Shown here piece after piece: positions 17,941 through 27,686 of a stretch of DNA of 64,000 bases; position 1 is the stretch's first letter; each line of letters opens with the position of its first letter. The translations under genes were made by a program, and so were the position numbers. Under the pieces are notes generated by a model. The model was not told the DNA's origin. It did no database searches and saw nothing but the letters and a program-made list of their open reading frames with translations. Location of the stretch: assembly GCA_964633325.1 (NCBI GenBank), contig CAZWFS010000004.1, positions 19,423 through 83,422 of the forward strand. The letters are read 5' to 3'. This stretch comes from an uncultured Candidatus Saccharibacteria bacterium (GTDB lineage Bacteria > Patescibacteriota > Saccharimonadia > Saccharimonadales > CAZWFS01).

Positions 17941-19257
17941 ATGTCAACTATGCGGATTGCTATTCTGGGTTACGGAGATCAGGGTCGTGCTGCATATGAG
18001 TATTGGGGTACCAAAGACAACGAAATAACTATCTGTGATGTTAACCCCAATTTAAACATTCCTGAAGGAGTTAATAAGCACCTTGGGACGGACTATCTTG
18101 AGAACCTAACGGAATTTGATTTGTTGATTCGGACACCTATACTCCATCCGCGTGAAATCTTGGCGACAAACCCTCAGTCACCGGATATTTTAAGCCGTGT
18201 CACTACTGTAACTAACGAATTCATGCGCGTTTGCCCTACCCGCAACATAATCGGCGTTACTGGTACCAAAGGCAAAGGCACAACCTCGACTCTCATTACT
18301 AAAATGCTAGAAGCGACCGGCAAGAAAGTCCACTTAGGTGGTAATATTGGCATTCCTCCCTTGGATATGCTAAAAAACGACATACAACCCGATGATTGGG
18401 TGGTACTGGAGCTAGCTAACTTCCAGCTAATAGACTTAAAGACATCACCACATATTGCGGTCTGTTTGATGGTAGCACCGGAACACCTAGACTGGCATCC
18501 TGATTTTGAGGAATACATAAAAGCTAAGCAGCAATTATTTGCCAATCAACGGCCGGATGACATAGCCATATATTATGCCAAAAATGAGCATTCCAAGCAT
18601 ATCATTGTTATTAGTCCAGGAAAGAAAATCCCCTACTATGAGCCCCCAGGCGCATATATAGCTAACGACGCTGTCCTCATCGACGGCCAAGAAATCTGCA
18701 AAACAGATGGAATCCAGTTACTCGGCAAGCACAATTGGCAAAATGTCTGCGCTGCTATAACGACCGTCTGGCAGGTTTCGAATGATAAAAAAGCTATTCC
18801 TGCGACTTTGCGCTCCTTTACGGGTTTGCCCCATCGCCTAGAGCTAGTCCGGGAAGTAGGGGGAGTGAAATATTATGATGATTCGTTCGGAACCACACCA
18901 GAAACCGCCATAGTAGCCATAGAAGCCTTTAATCAGCCTAAAGTATTAATTTTGGGCGGATCAGACAAGGCTGGAAAGTATGATGGCCTCGCTCAGACGA
19001 TAGCTAGTAGTAACGTGCGTGCGGCTGTAGTCGTAGGTGATACAGGTCCAGCTATAGCAGCGTCGCTAAGGGGGGCAGGATTTGAAGACATTCATGAAGG
19101 GGGCACTAATATGACTGAAATCATCAATAAGGCTAGCGGACTAGCCAAGCCGGGAGATGTAATTCTGCTATCGACCGGTTGTGCTAGCTTTGGGTTATTC
19201 AAGAACTATAAGGATCGGGGTGAGCAATTCAAGGCTACCGTGCAAGCACTCGCTTGA
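17941..19257 (+). CDS. murD: UDP-N-acetylmuramoylalanine--D-glutamate ligase
   Basis: 438 aa. Mur ligase P-loop GVTGTKGKGTTSTL. C-terminal LLSTGCASFGLFKNYKDRGEQF is typical of MurD. The start is 1 nt after the response-regulator stop. Confidence 0.85.
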   Translation: MSTMRIAILGYGDQGRAAYEYWGTKDNEITICDVNPNLNIPEGVNKHLGTDYLENLTEFDLLIRTPILHPREILATNPQSPDILSRVTTVTNEFMRVCPTRNIIGVTGTKGKGTTSTLITKMLEATGKKVHLGGNIGIPPLDMLKNDIQPDDWVVLELANFQLIDLKTSPHIAVCLMVAPEHLDWHPDFEEYIKAKQQLFANQRPDDIAIYYAKNEHSKHIIVISPGKKIPYYEPPGAYIANDAVLIDGQEICKTDGIQLLGKHNWQNVCAAITTVWQVSNDKKAIPATLRSFTGLPHRLELVREVGGVKYYDDSFGTTPETAIVAIEAFNQPKVLILGGSDKAGKYDGLAQTIASSNVRAAVVVGDTGPAIAASLRGAGFEDIHEGGTNMTEIINKASGLAKPGDVILLSTGCASFGLFKNYKDRGEQFKATVQALA

Positions 19258-19888
19258 GTTGGTCTATAACAGGAGCCTCGGGCTGCAATACGATTGCCCG
19301 GCCAGCTACCGTTTCTTTAATCAATTCCTCGATCCAGTGATAGTGCGTACATCCTAATACGATAACATCCGCGCCTTCGTCCAGCGCAGCCATTATCCTT
19401 AATCGTATCTTTTGCGGATCAACTTGATCGGTCTCTATCATGGGCGTCCAGTCGGAGCAGTCTGGTTCTACTATTTTCACATCGCTCGCATATGTTTTCT
19501 TCAGCCAGTCATAACGTTTACTTGCCAGCGTAGTGGGTGTGGCACAAACTGCGATAACACCACTACTTGTCTGCTGAGCTGCCGGCTTTATCATCGGCTC
19601 CATACCAATCAGTGGGATGGATATTTTCTTTCGCAACTCCTCAATCAACGTAGTGGTGACACTGTTACAAGCTACAACAATCACATCACAACCTTGTTCC
19701 ACAATATCTTCTAGGATTGGGTGGACCAGTGCCAGCAGCTGACTTGGGGATTTAGTGCCATAAGGTACGTTCTGGAAATCATTAACAAATAAGACATCAA
19801 TCCCCGGTATAGCCTTTTCAATAGCATTGGCAACAGATAAGCCGCCGACGCCGGAATCAAATACCCCAACTGTTTTTTTAACAGACAT
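19235..19888 (-). CDS. murI: glutamate racemase
   Basis: 217 aa with VFDSGVGGLSV, VVACNSVTT and LGCTHY motifs. The 3' end overlaps the murD 3' end by 23 nt. Confidence 0.8.
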   Translation of the reverse strand: MSVKKTVGVFDSGVGGLSVANAIEKAIPGIDVLFVNDFQNVPYGTKSPSQLLALVHPILEDIVEQGCDVIVVACNSVTTTLIEELRKKISIPLIGMEPMIKPAAQQTSSGVIAVCATPTTLASKRYDWLKKTYASDVKIVEPDCSDWTPMIETDQVDPQKIRLRIMAALDEGADVIVLGCTHYHWIEELIKETVAGRAIVLQPEAPVIDQLKRVLAR

Positions 19889-20083
19889 CGCCCAATTATA
19901 TACCCTTTATAATATAAGAGACGTCAGACAGGGAGTTATAGCACCCTTAGTCAGTAACAGTATTGACATGACCATGAGCCTATAATTCTAACTGAGCCTA
20001 AAGGCTGTATAACGTATGTGAGAAATACCACTTGGCTTCGGCTACAAAGAAGTTATTATATGTCTTTATAATTGTGGATATTT

Positions 20084-22843
20084 ATGAAAACAACCGGTCT
20101 CGCTTCTAAGAAGCGTCAGTCAAAAAAAGGCGCGTTTAGTCACAGGCTGTCTGACACAAATGCCACAGGCCATCATGAAAGCTTCCGAGCCGATGATGAG
20201 TTTTTCCGTAATGTACTGGAAAGCCTAGAAGATTACGCTGTATTTACTACGGATATCAAGGGCAACATTAGCAGCTGGAATAAAGGGGCCGAAAGACTAA
20301 TGGGATATACCGAAGAGGAAATCATAGGCAAAAAGGCCGCCGTTCTCTTCGTACCAGAAGACCGGGCTAAAGACGCCCCTGCAGCTGAGCTAAGAAAAGC
20401 CGCCACTGATAAGCGAGCCATAAACGAGAGGTACCACCTGCGTAAAGATGGTTCGAGATTCTGGGGCAGCGGATTAGTTTTTCCACTGGAAGACGCTCAA
20501 AGAAAATTACGCGGTTTTACTAAAGTTATGCGGGATTTAACCGTCCAGGTTCAATCACGTAAGCAAATAGCTGAAAGTCAGGAGCAATTCGAATCTGCAT
20601 TTGAACAGGCGGCAGTAGGCATGACACACACCAGCCTAGAAGGAAAGTGGTTACGGGTAAACCAAAAATTCTGTGACATGCTTGGGTTTACGGCGGATGA
20701 ATTACTGAATAAACCATTCCAAGACCTTACCCACCCCGATGATATGGAAAATTCTCTGGATGCGGCCAATCAGCTTATACAAAACCCCAATAGACACATG
20801 TCCATAAACAAGCGCTATTTTACAAAAAAAGGGGCAATAATCTGGGTTAAGATAACTGTCTCTGTGGTACGGAATGAGGAGGGCAAGGCCCAATATTTCA
20901 GCTCTGTTTTCGAAGACATAACCGAAAAACGGACAGCTGAAGAAAAGTTAAAACAAAACGAAGAACGATTCCAGACTTTGATAGAAAAGAGCTCAGACAT
21001 TATCGCTTTATCAGATGAAGGAGGCAATTACTCTTACGTAAGTCCAGGTGTCCGCAAGGTTTTGGGTTACTCGACCAAAGAATTTATTAGAACGAACGGC
21101 TTTGAACTCATGCACCCTGATGAATTAGAATACATCGGTCGAGAATTTCAGGAATTACTCAATCATTCGGGAATTTCCAAGACTATTGAGTTCCGTGCCA
21201 GGCATAAAAACGGATCATGGCGATGGATTGAGGCAACGGCAACCAATCTGCTTAATAATCCCAAGATAAGCGCTATAGTGTCTAACTTTCGTGATGTCAC
21301 TGAGCGAAAACTAGCCGAGGAACGTTTAAGGGAAAGTGAAGAACGCTTCGCCCTGGCGCAACAGGCTGCTAACATCGGCACATTTGAATGGAATATCCTG
21401 ACAGACGAATATGTTTGTACACCTCAACTAGAGAACCTATATGGTCTACCGCCTGGAACTATGGGGGGGAAATTTGATGACTGGCTCAATAATATTCACC
21501 CGGAGGACCGTAAGCGTGTAATTGCTGAGCTCAAAAAAGTAATCAAAGGGAAATTATTAGATACGGAGCTACGGGTCGTCAAGCCGAATGGCGAAATTCG
21601 ATGGGTAGCGATGAGGGGTCGGGTCTTCTATGACGATAATGGCAAACCCGAACGCATAATTGGCACTAACCGGAACGTTACCAAGCGCAAGGAAGCAGAG
21701 AAAGACTTACTAGAAAGTGAAGAGCATTTCAGACAGTTAGCCGATTCTATGCCGCAAATTGTCTGGATGGCCCGTCCTGACGGATATATAGATTATTACA
21801 ATAAGCAGTGGTATGAGTTCACCGGTTATACTACAGACTCAGTCGGTCAAAGTTGGAGGCCGCTTTTGCATCCTGATGATGTGGAACATTCCATTCAGAC
21901 CTGGCACCACTCCATAAAGACAGGAGAACCCTATCAGATAGAGTATAGGTTCAAAGATAAGAGTAACGTTGAATCTTACCGCTGGTTTCTGGGGCGAGCC
22001 TTACCTGTTAAAGATAAAAGAGGCAAAATTGTCAGATGGTTTGGTACCTGCACCGATATCGACGACGTTAAGCGTACTCTAAATCGCAAGAAAGAGCTGG
22101 AGGAGCTGAATGCTGCCCTTACCGAGCAACGCCAGCAGCTAGTCGCCCTAAATGAGGCAAAAGACGAATTCATTTCCCTAGCCTCACACCAACTACGTAC
22201 ACCCGCTACAGGTGTAAAACAGTACGTTGGCATGACACTGGAGGGATATGTAGGAGATATAACTAAAGAGCAGAAGAGCATGCTGGAATTCGCCTACGAA
22301 AGTAATGAGCGGCAATTAAAGATAATCGACGACTTGCTAAGGGTGGCTCATGTAGATGCCGGCAAGGTAAACCCTGTGATGGCAACTTGTGATTTAGGTA
22401 AACTCGTACATAATGTCATGCTTGAACAAATATCTCGGTTCAAGGATCGCAAACAAAAATTGGTATACAAGAAGCCCTCAAAGGCCGTCAGTGCTTACGT
22501 CGACAAGAACCTGATTCGAATGGTGATGGAAAACATCATCGACAACGCCAGTAAATACACGCCGGAAGGACGATCCGTGACCGTCGATTTAAAGAAAAAA
22601 GACGGACTTGCCATTATACGGGTTAAGGATCAAGGCATTGGTATTGCCAAAGGAGACCAAAAAAAATTATTTCAAAAGTTTTCGCGTATTGATAATCCCT
22701 TATCAGCTCTTGTTGGCGGTACCGGGCTAGGGCTATATTGGGCAAAGAAGATTATTGATCTACATAGTGGTACCATCAGCCTATCGTCCAAACTCGGCAC
22801 GGGTTCCACATTTACAATCAAGATTCCGGTCAAGCTGCAATAA
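20084..22843 (+). CDS. multi-PAS sensor histidine kinase (soluble)
   Basis: The ORF track starts at TTG 20072; the first ATG is at 20084. At least four PAS/PAC-like repeats. H-box SLASHQLRTPAT. HATPase motifs DNASKYTP, DQGIGI, GTGLGL. Confidence 0.85.
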   Translation: MKTTGLASKKRQSKKGAFSHRLSDTNATGHHESFRADDEFFRNVLESLEDYAVFTTDIKGNISSWNKGAERLMGYTEEEIIGKKAAVLFVPEDRAKDAPAAELRKAATDKRAINERYHLRKDGSRFWGSGLVFPLEDAQRKLRGFTKVMRDLTVQVQSRKQIAESQEQFESAFEQAAVGMTHTSLEGKWLRVNQKFCDMLGFTADELLNKPFQDLTHPDDMENSLDAANQLIQNPNRHMSINKRYFTKKGAIIWVKITVSVVRNEEGKAQYFSSVFEDITEKRTAEEKLKQNEERFQTLIEKSSDIIALSDEGGNYSYVSPGVRKVLGYSTKEFIRTNGFELMHPDELEYIGREFQELLNHSGISKTIEFRARHKNGSWRWIEATATNLLNNPKISAIVSNFRDVTERKLAEERLRESEERFALAQQAANIGTFEWNILTDEYVCTPQLENLYGLPPGTMGGKFDDWLNNIHPEDRKRVIAELKKVIKGKLLDTELRVVKPNGEIRWVAMRGRVFYDDNGKPERIIGTNRNVTKRKEAEKDLLESEEHFRQLADSMPQIVWMARPDGYIDYYNKQWYEFTGYTTDSVGQSWRPLLHPDDVEHSIQTWHHSIKTGEPYQIEYRFKDKSNVESYRWFLGRALPVKDKRGKIVRWFGTCTDIDDVKRTLNRKKELEELNAALTEQRQQLVALNEAKDEFISLASHQLRTPATGVKQYVGMTLEGYVGDITKEQKSMLEFAYESNERQLKIIDDLLRVAHVDAGKVNPVMATCDLGKLVHNVMLEQISRFKDRKQKLVYKKPSKAVSAYVDKNLIRMVMENIIDNASKYTPEGRSVTVDLKKKDGLAIIRVKDQGIGIAKGDQKKLFQKFSRIDNPLSALVGGTGLGLYWAKKIIDLHSGTISLSSKLGTGSTFTIKIPVKLQ

Positions 22844-22874
22844 CCTTCAGTAATTAAATTGGTACAATATATTT

Positions 22875-23285
22875 ATGGGATATATATTTGTGCTTGGTTA
22901 TGTAGTGCTAGTGGGTATCGCCACATTCTTGATGAAAGTCGGAATGAAAAATCTAAGTCCGTATCAGCTGAATTTCCTGATGGGAATCGGCATGCTAATA
23001 ACAGGTGTACCAGCGCTCCTAATCGCGCACAAATCGTTTAAAATACCAATAAAAGAATTGCCCATAGGAATGCTTATCGGGATCATGATGGCCACCGGTT
23101 CTATCCTATACGTGCTGGCGTTCAATAAACTTCCTGCGGCAGTAGCTGCCGTCCTCGCCTCCGCCTACGTAGTAGTAGTTATAATCCTATCCTGGATATT
23201 CCTAAAGGAATCCATGGACGCCACCAAAATAGCCGGTCTACTACTAACCTTCACCGGTGTCCTCCTCCTCACCTACAAATCCTAG
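22875..23285 (+). CDS. small EamA-domain (DMT superfamily) membrane protein
   Basis: 136 aa with 4-5 TM helices and a single EamA-like half-transporter pattern. Confidence 0.55.
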   Translation: MGYIFVLGYVVLVGIATFLMKVGMKNLSPYQLNFLMGIGMLITGVPALLIAHKSFKIPIKELPIGMLIGIMMATGSILYVLAFNKLPAAVAAVLASAYVVVVIILSWIFLKESMDATKIAGLLLTFTGVLLLTYKS

Positions 23286-23309
23286 TCTAGGGTGTTGAAG
23301 TTTTTTGAT

Positions 23310-23711
23310 TTATTGTTCCAGAATTCTTAACTCTTTGTAGCCAGTTTGTTCGTCCATCTCGCGTGTGAATTTTGTGCCGGGTACGATACCAATCACAAGT
23401 TCGCATGTCATACGAACTATCGAACCTTGTTTTAAGTGGCCACCCCATACTTTACCTTTTATATCTGATCCAGAGATATGTAAGTGACATCCGTGTTTTG
23501 AAACAGTACCGTTCAATGAAACTATTTCCAGATCTTTAGGGTAAATATATACTAAATTACCATCTATAACGGGTACTCGAATTTTGGATTTTGCCAACCC
23601 CCCCACACCCGACAATACCACGCCAGCTTCAATATCATATTCAAGAAGTATACGATCAATTTCCTGAACTAAATCTTTGCCTTGCTGAACCCTTATAGCA
23701 ACGATTTTCAT
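23310..23711 (-). CDS. PPC/DUF296-domain protein
   Basis: 133 aa. The pattern LSGVGGL...HLHISGSD...GGHL resembles the PPC (DUF296) family. Confidence 0.55.
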   Translation of the reverse strand: MKIVAIRVQQGKDLVQEIDRILLEYDIEAGVVLSGVGGLAKSKIRVPVIDGNLVYIYPKDLEIVSLNGTVSKHGCHLHISGSDIKGKVWGGHLKQGSIVRMTCELVIGIVPGTKFTREMDEQTGYKELRILEQ

Positions 23712-23874
23712 ATTTATCTCCTGCTAATTTCGTAAGTATAACAAAAAGGGTGGATTCACTCCGGCCTTTTTGGTTCCGCTTTGGGAGATAGACAGCCAGA
23801 GAAATTTTCCTAAAATTTCCCTGAGCGATAGAAAGAGGAGTCACCTCTTTCTATAAGCAAGCGAAGGGGGGTGC

Positions 23875-24903
23875 CTAGAAGTGTATAAACACCAACCCGG
23901 CAGCCGATCGGCGACCTTCGCTATAGGCTCCATCCCAACCGGCATTGTACTGGCTTATGCTGATGGTACCATCGCCGTGGACTGCTTCCACATACATGAC
24001 GTGTCCATAGGTACCACTGTTACTAACAGCTACATCTCCCACTCTTGGGCTACTATTAACTGGTATTCCAGCTGCTCTGGCATTATCGTCCCAGCGATTG
24101 GCATTACCGCGACCACCCCAGTAGGGCATGTGACGTCCAGACGCTGCCACTTTCCAGGCGGTGTAGGATACACATTGTCGCTTGTACATCCCCCAAGGGT
24201 CTACAATCGAATTCGGAAACGGGGCGTTAGCATAAGGATAGGAACCGGTTCCGCCCCTTTTGACAGCACCTACGAAACTCCGAGCGTTTTCTGCGGCTTG
24301 CTGGCGCCGGAGCGCAGCAATCTGGGTCAAATTGGTCTTAACGCCTCGCTCATAAGCGGCTTGTTCCTGCTGGTTCAAGCTTAAGAGTCGTCCTACTTCA
24401 GCTCGTTGACTATTGAGCTCGCCTTGCATCGCCTGTTGGTCAACTAGCAATTTTTCCACGGCTGTTTTTTGGGCTTCCAGCTCTTGTTTTAGTGCGTTTA
24501 TACGGTCTAAGGTGTCTTTGATTTTCCCACTGACTTCGGTGCGGTACTGCTGCTTGTCTACGAACTCGCTGATATCGTTGCTAGAAGCTAGCATCTCCAC
24601 CGTTGTTATCTGGTCGGACAGGTACATTTCCCGAATATTGGTCTTTAAAATCCCTTTTTGCCGGGCAATTTCGGCTTCGGCTTCAGCCACCTTCCGTTTC
24701 AGCTCCTCGCTCTTTGCCTGGTTGGCCTGTATTTGCGCTTCCAACTCAGCTATTTTAGCTTGCAGGCTGGCAACGGTGGCAGCCAGGCTTTCTTCTTGCG
24801 CTTCAAGCGACCTCTGCGCCTGCGTCGACTGAGCGTTCTGTTGGTTGAGCTGGTTTATTTGTTGCTGATAACTCTGGGCATAAACCAAGGAAGGTGTAGC
24901 CAA
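23875..24903 (-). CDS. secreted CHAP-domain peptidoglycan hydrolase with N-terminal coiled coil
   Basis: 342 aa with a Q/E/A-rich coiled coil. C-terminal CHAP motif CVSYTAWKV...GHVMYVEAV. The ORF track starts at TTG 24903, but an in-frame signal peptide is encoded upstream (see finding). Confidence 0.8.
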   Translation of the reverse strand: MATPSLVYAQSYQQQINQLNQQNAQSTQAQRSLEAQEESLAATVASLQAKIAELEAQIQANQAKSEELKRKVAEAEAEIARQKGILKTNIREMYLSDQITTVEMLASSNDISEFVDKQQYRTEVSGKIKDTLDRINALKQELEAQKTAVEKLLVDQQAMQGELNSQRAEVGRLLSLNQQEQAAYERGVKTNLTQIAALRRQQAAENARSFVGAVKRGGTGSYPYANAPFPNSIVDPWGMYKRQCVSYTAWKVAASGRHMPYWGGRGNANRWDDNARAAGIPVNSSPRVGDVAVSNSGTYGHVMYVEAVHGDGTISISQYNAGWDGAYSEGRRSAAGLVFIHF

Positions 24904-25344
24904 GGAGGCGCTTAGAGTAGATGCGAGAGTGACAACTAAGGTGCTTACTCTAAACTTGATTGAATTTTCTTTTCGGATTTTTAATTTTTCTTGCTTTTGT
25001 TTAAGAAAAATTCTAATGATTTTTTCCCCACTATTTTAGATTGTGAAATGGCCTTTAGTTTTTTTGCCTGTCTCCGCTTTTCAACAATATATTTACCGTT
25101 AGCGGCCAACATGAGAAAATTTTTATTCCCGTGTTATAAATTTAAGACTGCATCTAAAAGGCTACCCCCTTGATTACTCATCTAATTTTTTTAATACTTC
25201 ATGAATTGTATTGCTTTATGGTGTTTATCTGAGGAAAGCAACGGTGTCGACTATAGCAGTAGCGGTATGCATGGTCAAGCTTATGTTAAAATTTTCACTT
25301 CAAAGGTGTGGAAGACTACGTTTTTCCCACAACAATATACTATT

Positions 25345-25508
25345 GAACCCATTGCAAAACTTTCTCTGAATTTCGAGGCTTAGCTTGGCGGATAAGCAGG
25401 TGGTTTTCTTGCGCCAAAGCGTACCTGTAGGGTACGGAACGAAGCAAAAAATCAGCTGATTGCCGCCAAACTAAGCCGCAGAACAGAGACGAGTTTTGCA
25501 ATGGGTTC
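25345..25508. repeat. long imperfect-palindrome intergenic element, copy A
   Basis: A perfect 17-bp closing stem: GAACCCATTGCAAAACT (25345-25361) pairs with AGTTTTGCAATGGGTTC (25492-25508). Inner stems are GGCTTAGCTTGGCGG/CCGCCAAACTAAGCC. The apical hairpin is CGTACC-tgtag-GGTACG (25420-25436). Confidence 0.7.
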
Positions 25509-25534
25509 AGTGGACTTATACTTTTTTTCGTATG

Positions 25535-25885
25535 CTATAAGCTGGTTCGTTGTAGTTTCATAGCAGTCTCTGGCGGTTTTAGATATTTCTCTACCACCGA
25601 GTATTGAGACTGGTTATTAATGACCCGCTCAATGGTCTTCACGTCATGGCCTTTTTTTATAACGAAACGCTTGCGGTTTATGTGAAGCTCCTGATATCTA
25701 CTGGGTGTCAACACTACCCGGTCACGACAATCTTCATTAGCGCATTCGCAGTAGAAGTGGAGACTGACTTCTTTTCCATCCTTGGAGGAATTCCTTTTTT
25801 GCATGAGCTTTTGAGCCCTCTCATTGGACTTCCTAAATACAACTTCATTTTCTATTAAACGCCGGGTAGAAATGGGTTCGCTCAT
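25535..25885 (-). CDS. small conserved hypothetical protein with a CxCx5C cluster (paralog of 30520-30906)
   Basis: 116 aa. Motifs shared with the paralog: RRxIENExxFRxxNE, HF(Y/K)CEC..E(D/N)C, YSVVEK. Confidence 0.6.
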   Translation of the reverse strand: MSEPISTRRLIENEVVFRKSNERAQKLMQKRNSSKDGKEVSLHFYCECANEDCRDRVVLTPSRYQELHINRKRFVIKKGHDVKTIERVINNQSQYSVVEKYLKPPETAMKLQRTSL

Positions 25886-26099
25886 TTAATCAATAATTTC
25901 CTTGTCCTAGATTATAGCAGTACAGTTATTTGATTACACCATTGTTATTACTGCCAAAACATTAACTTCCCTAAGAACATAGAGTTAGTTTACAGATGTA
26001 TACAAAATATGATATAGTTAGTCGCTTGAAAAGCTTTGTAGTTTTCTATGTTCAATACACTATAAGCATATGCTGTAGAAATTAAACTTATTTTTAAAT

Positions 26100-27266
26100 A
26101 TGAAGAAATTTAACTATTATCAGCCGCAGCCCAGGCCGGAGAGCATTCCCTTGCCTGTGGCCACCGAAGTTCCTGTAGTTAAACCTAAGCGACGACGGCG
26201 ATTACTGCGAGCAATATTAGTATTTATTGTAATTATGCTTTTGGCAGTTATTATTAGCACCGCTTGGGTGGGTTGGAAGTTTGGCCAAACTACAACGAAG
26301 ATGTTTGGAGGTACTCCAGCTGGTAATATGACTGCCCTATTCATACCGACCCGATTAAAAGGCGAGGACAGGGGACGAGTAAATATCCTATTGGTGGGTA
26401 ATTCTGTCGACGATCCAGGCCATCCTGCGGCTGATCTGACAGATTCAATCATGATTTTAAGCGTTAACCCGCAAAATAACACGGCCGACCTGCTGAGCAT
26501 ACCCAGAGACCTTTGGGTGCCTATACCTGGTTATGGGCATCAGAAAATTAATGCTGTTTATCCATATGGTAAAGCTGAAATTTTTAGCGAAAGCGGCTAC
26601 CCGCCCGGTGGAATCGGTTTATTGCAAAAAGTAATCGAACAGAACTTGAAGGTGACGGTTGATTATTACGCCCTTATTAATTATAGCGCCGTCCGGGAAG
26701 CCGTGAATGCCGTGGGTGGTGTGGACGTGAACGTACAGAGTCCGGATCCTCGTGGGCTGTATGACCCAAATATTCAGGAATCGGATGGTGGACCGCTTCG
26801 TTTAAGCAATGGGGTACAGCACCTGGATGGGCAGACTGCACTAAATTTTACGCGGGCGCGCGGTGACCCAACCGGTGATGGCCGAGTTGGCTATGGCTTC
26901 CCACGCAGCGACCATGACCGCACTGACCACCAGCGTCAGCTCTTTGTGGCGCTGGAAGATAAAATCAGCAGTATAAACGTGATGACCAACCCATTTAAGA
27001 TAGGCAATATATTAGATGCCGTGGGTGGTAACGTTCAAACTGATTTAAAGATAAATGAAGCTCGGGTACTTGCTAGCAAGCTTAGGAAAATTAATAGTTC
27101 CGAGATAAAATCGCATAGCTTGGCCGGTGATGGCAAGGGCGTAAGCCTGCTCCGTGGCTATACCGCGCCGAATGGCCAGGACGCCCTAATCCCAACAGCC
27201 GGCCGAGATAACTTCAGCCAAATCAGCCGGTACCTCCAAAATTTACTTACTAATTCAAATCCCTAA
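26100..27266 (+). CDS. LytR-CpsA-Psr (LCP) family cell-wall glycopolymer transferase
   Basis: 388 aa with an N-terminal TM. Motifs NILLVGNS, DSIMILSVNP, LSIPRDLWV, INAVY, FTRAR. Confidence 0.85.
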   Translation: MKKFNYYQPQPRPESIPLPVATEVPVVKPKRRRRLLRAILVFIVIMLLAVIISTAWVGWKFGQTTTKMFGGTPAGNMTALFIPTRLKGEDRGRVNILLVGNSVDDPGHPAADLTDSIMILSVNPQNNTADLLSIPRDLWVPIPGYGHQKINAVYPYGKAEIFSESGYPPGGIGLLQKVIEQNLKVTVDYYALINYSAVREAVNAVGGVDVNVQSPDPRGLYDPNIQESDGGPLRLSNGVQHLDGQTALNFTRARGDPTGDGRVGYGFPRSDHDRTDHQRQLFVALEDKISSINVMTNPFKIGNILDAVGGNVQTDLKINEARVLASKLRKINSSEIKSHSLAGDGKGVSLLRGYTAPNGQDALIPTAGRDNFSQISRYLQNLLTNSNP

Positions 27267-27309
27267 AGACACTCTGGCCACGCTGCCTAAATTAATTTAT
27301 CCTCAATCC

Positions 27310-27582
27310 ATGTACATGAGTCATATGAAAATTCATGTGAGAGGCAAGGTGCAAGATGTTGGCTATCGGGCTCATGCTAAGCGCGAGGCAGATAGCCTAG
27401 GGTTGCAAGGCTTCGTGCGTAATGAGCCTGATGGCAGCGTATTCATTGAAGTGGAAGGACTGCAAGAAAAATTGCATGATTTTTTGCGGTGGTGCCATTC
27501 TGGCTCACCTGAAGCCAAGGTTGAGTCCGTAGAGTCTATCGTCCATACTCTGATTGGCCACACCGGCTTCTACACTTATTAG
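27310..27582 (+). CDS. acyP: acylphosphatase
   Basis: 90 aa with VRGKVQDVGYRAHA...GFVRNEPDGSVFIEVEG. The true start may be the ATG at 27325. Confidence 0.8.
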   Translation: MYMSHMKIHVRGKVQDVGYRAHAKREADSLGLQGFVRNEPDGSVFIEVEGLQEKLHDFLRWCHSGSPEAKVESVESIVHTLIGHTGFYTY

Positions 27583-27686
27583 TGTGAGTCATATCTATAG
27601 GGGCCTTTTTGATATTTTCTAAACAAACTTTGCCTGGATATCGCCCTCTGTTATAATTATGCTTAAGTATTTCCCTAAAAACACAT

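Noticed and set aside
25225-25250. GAGGAAAG word suggesting RNase P RNA
   Set aside because: It is followed by CAACGG rather than TCCGGGC. The surrounding 300 nt are AT-rich and lack the other conserved RNase P blocks.
24991-25383. Small plus-strand ORFs (24991-25173, 25201-25383) in the 630-nt gap
   Set aside because: They have no Shine-Dalgarno sequence, are AT-rich with odd composition (Phe/Cys/Lys-rich), and have no motifs. They are probably noncoding leader or spacer.
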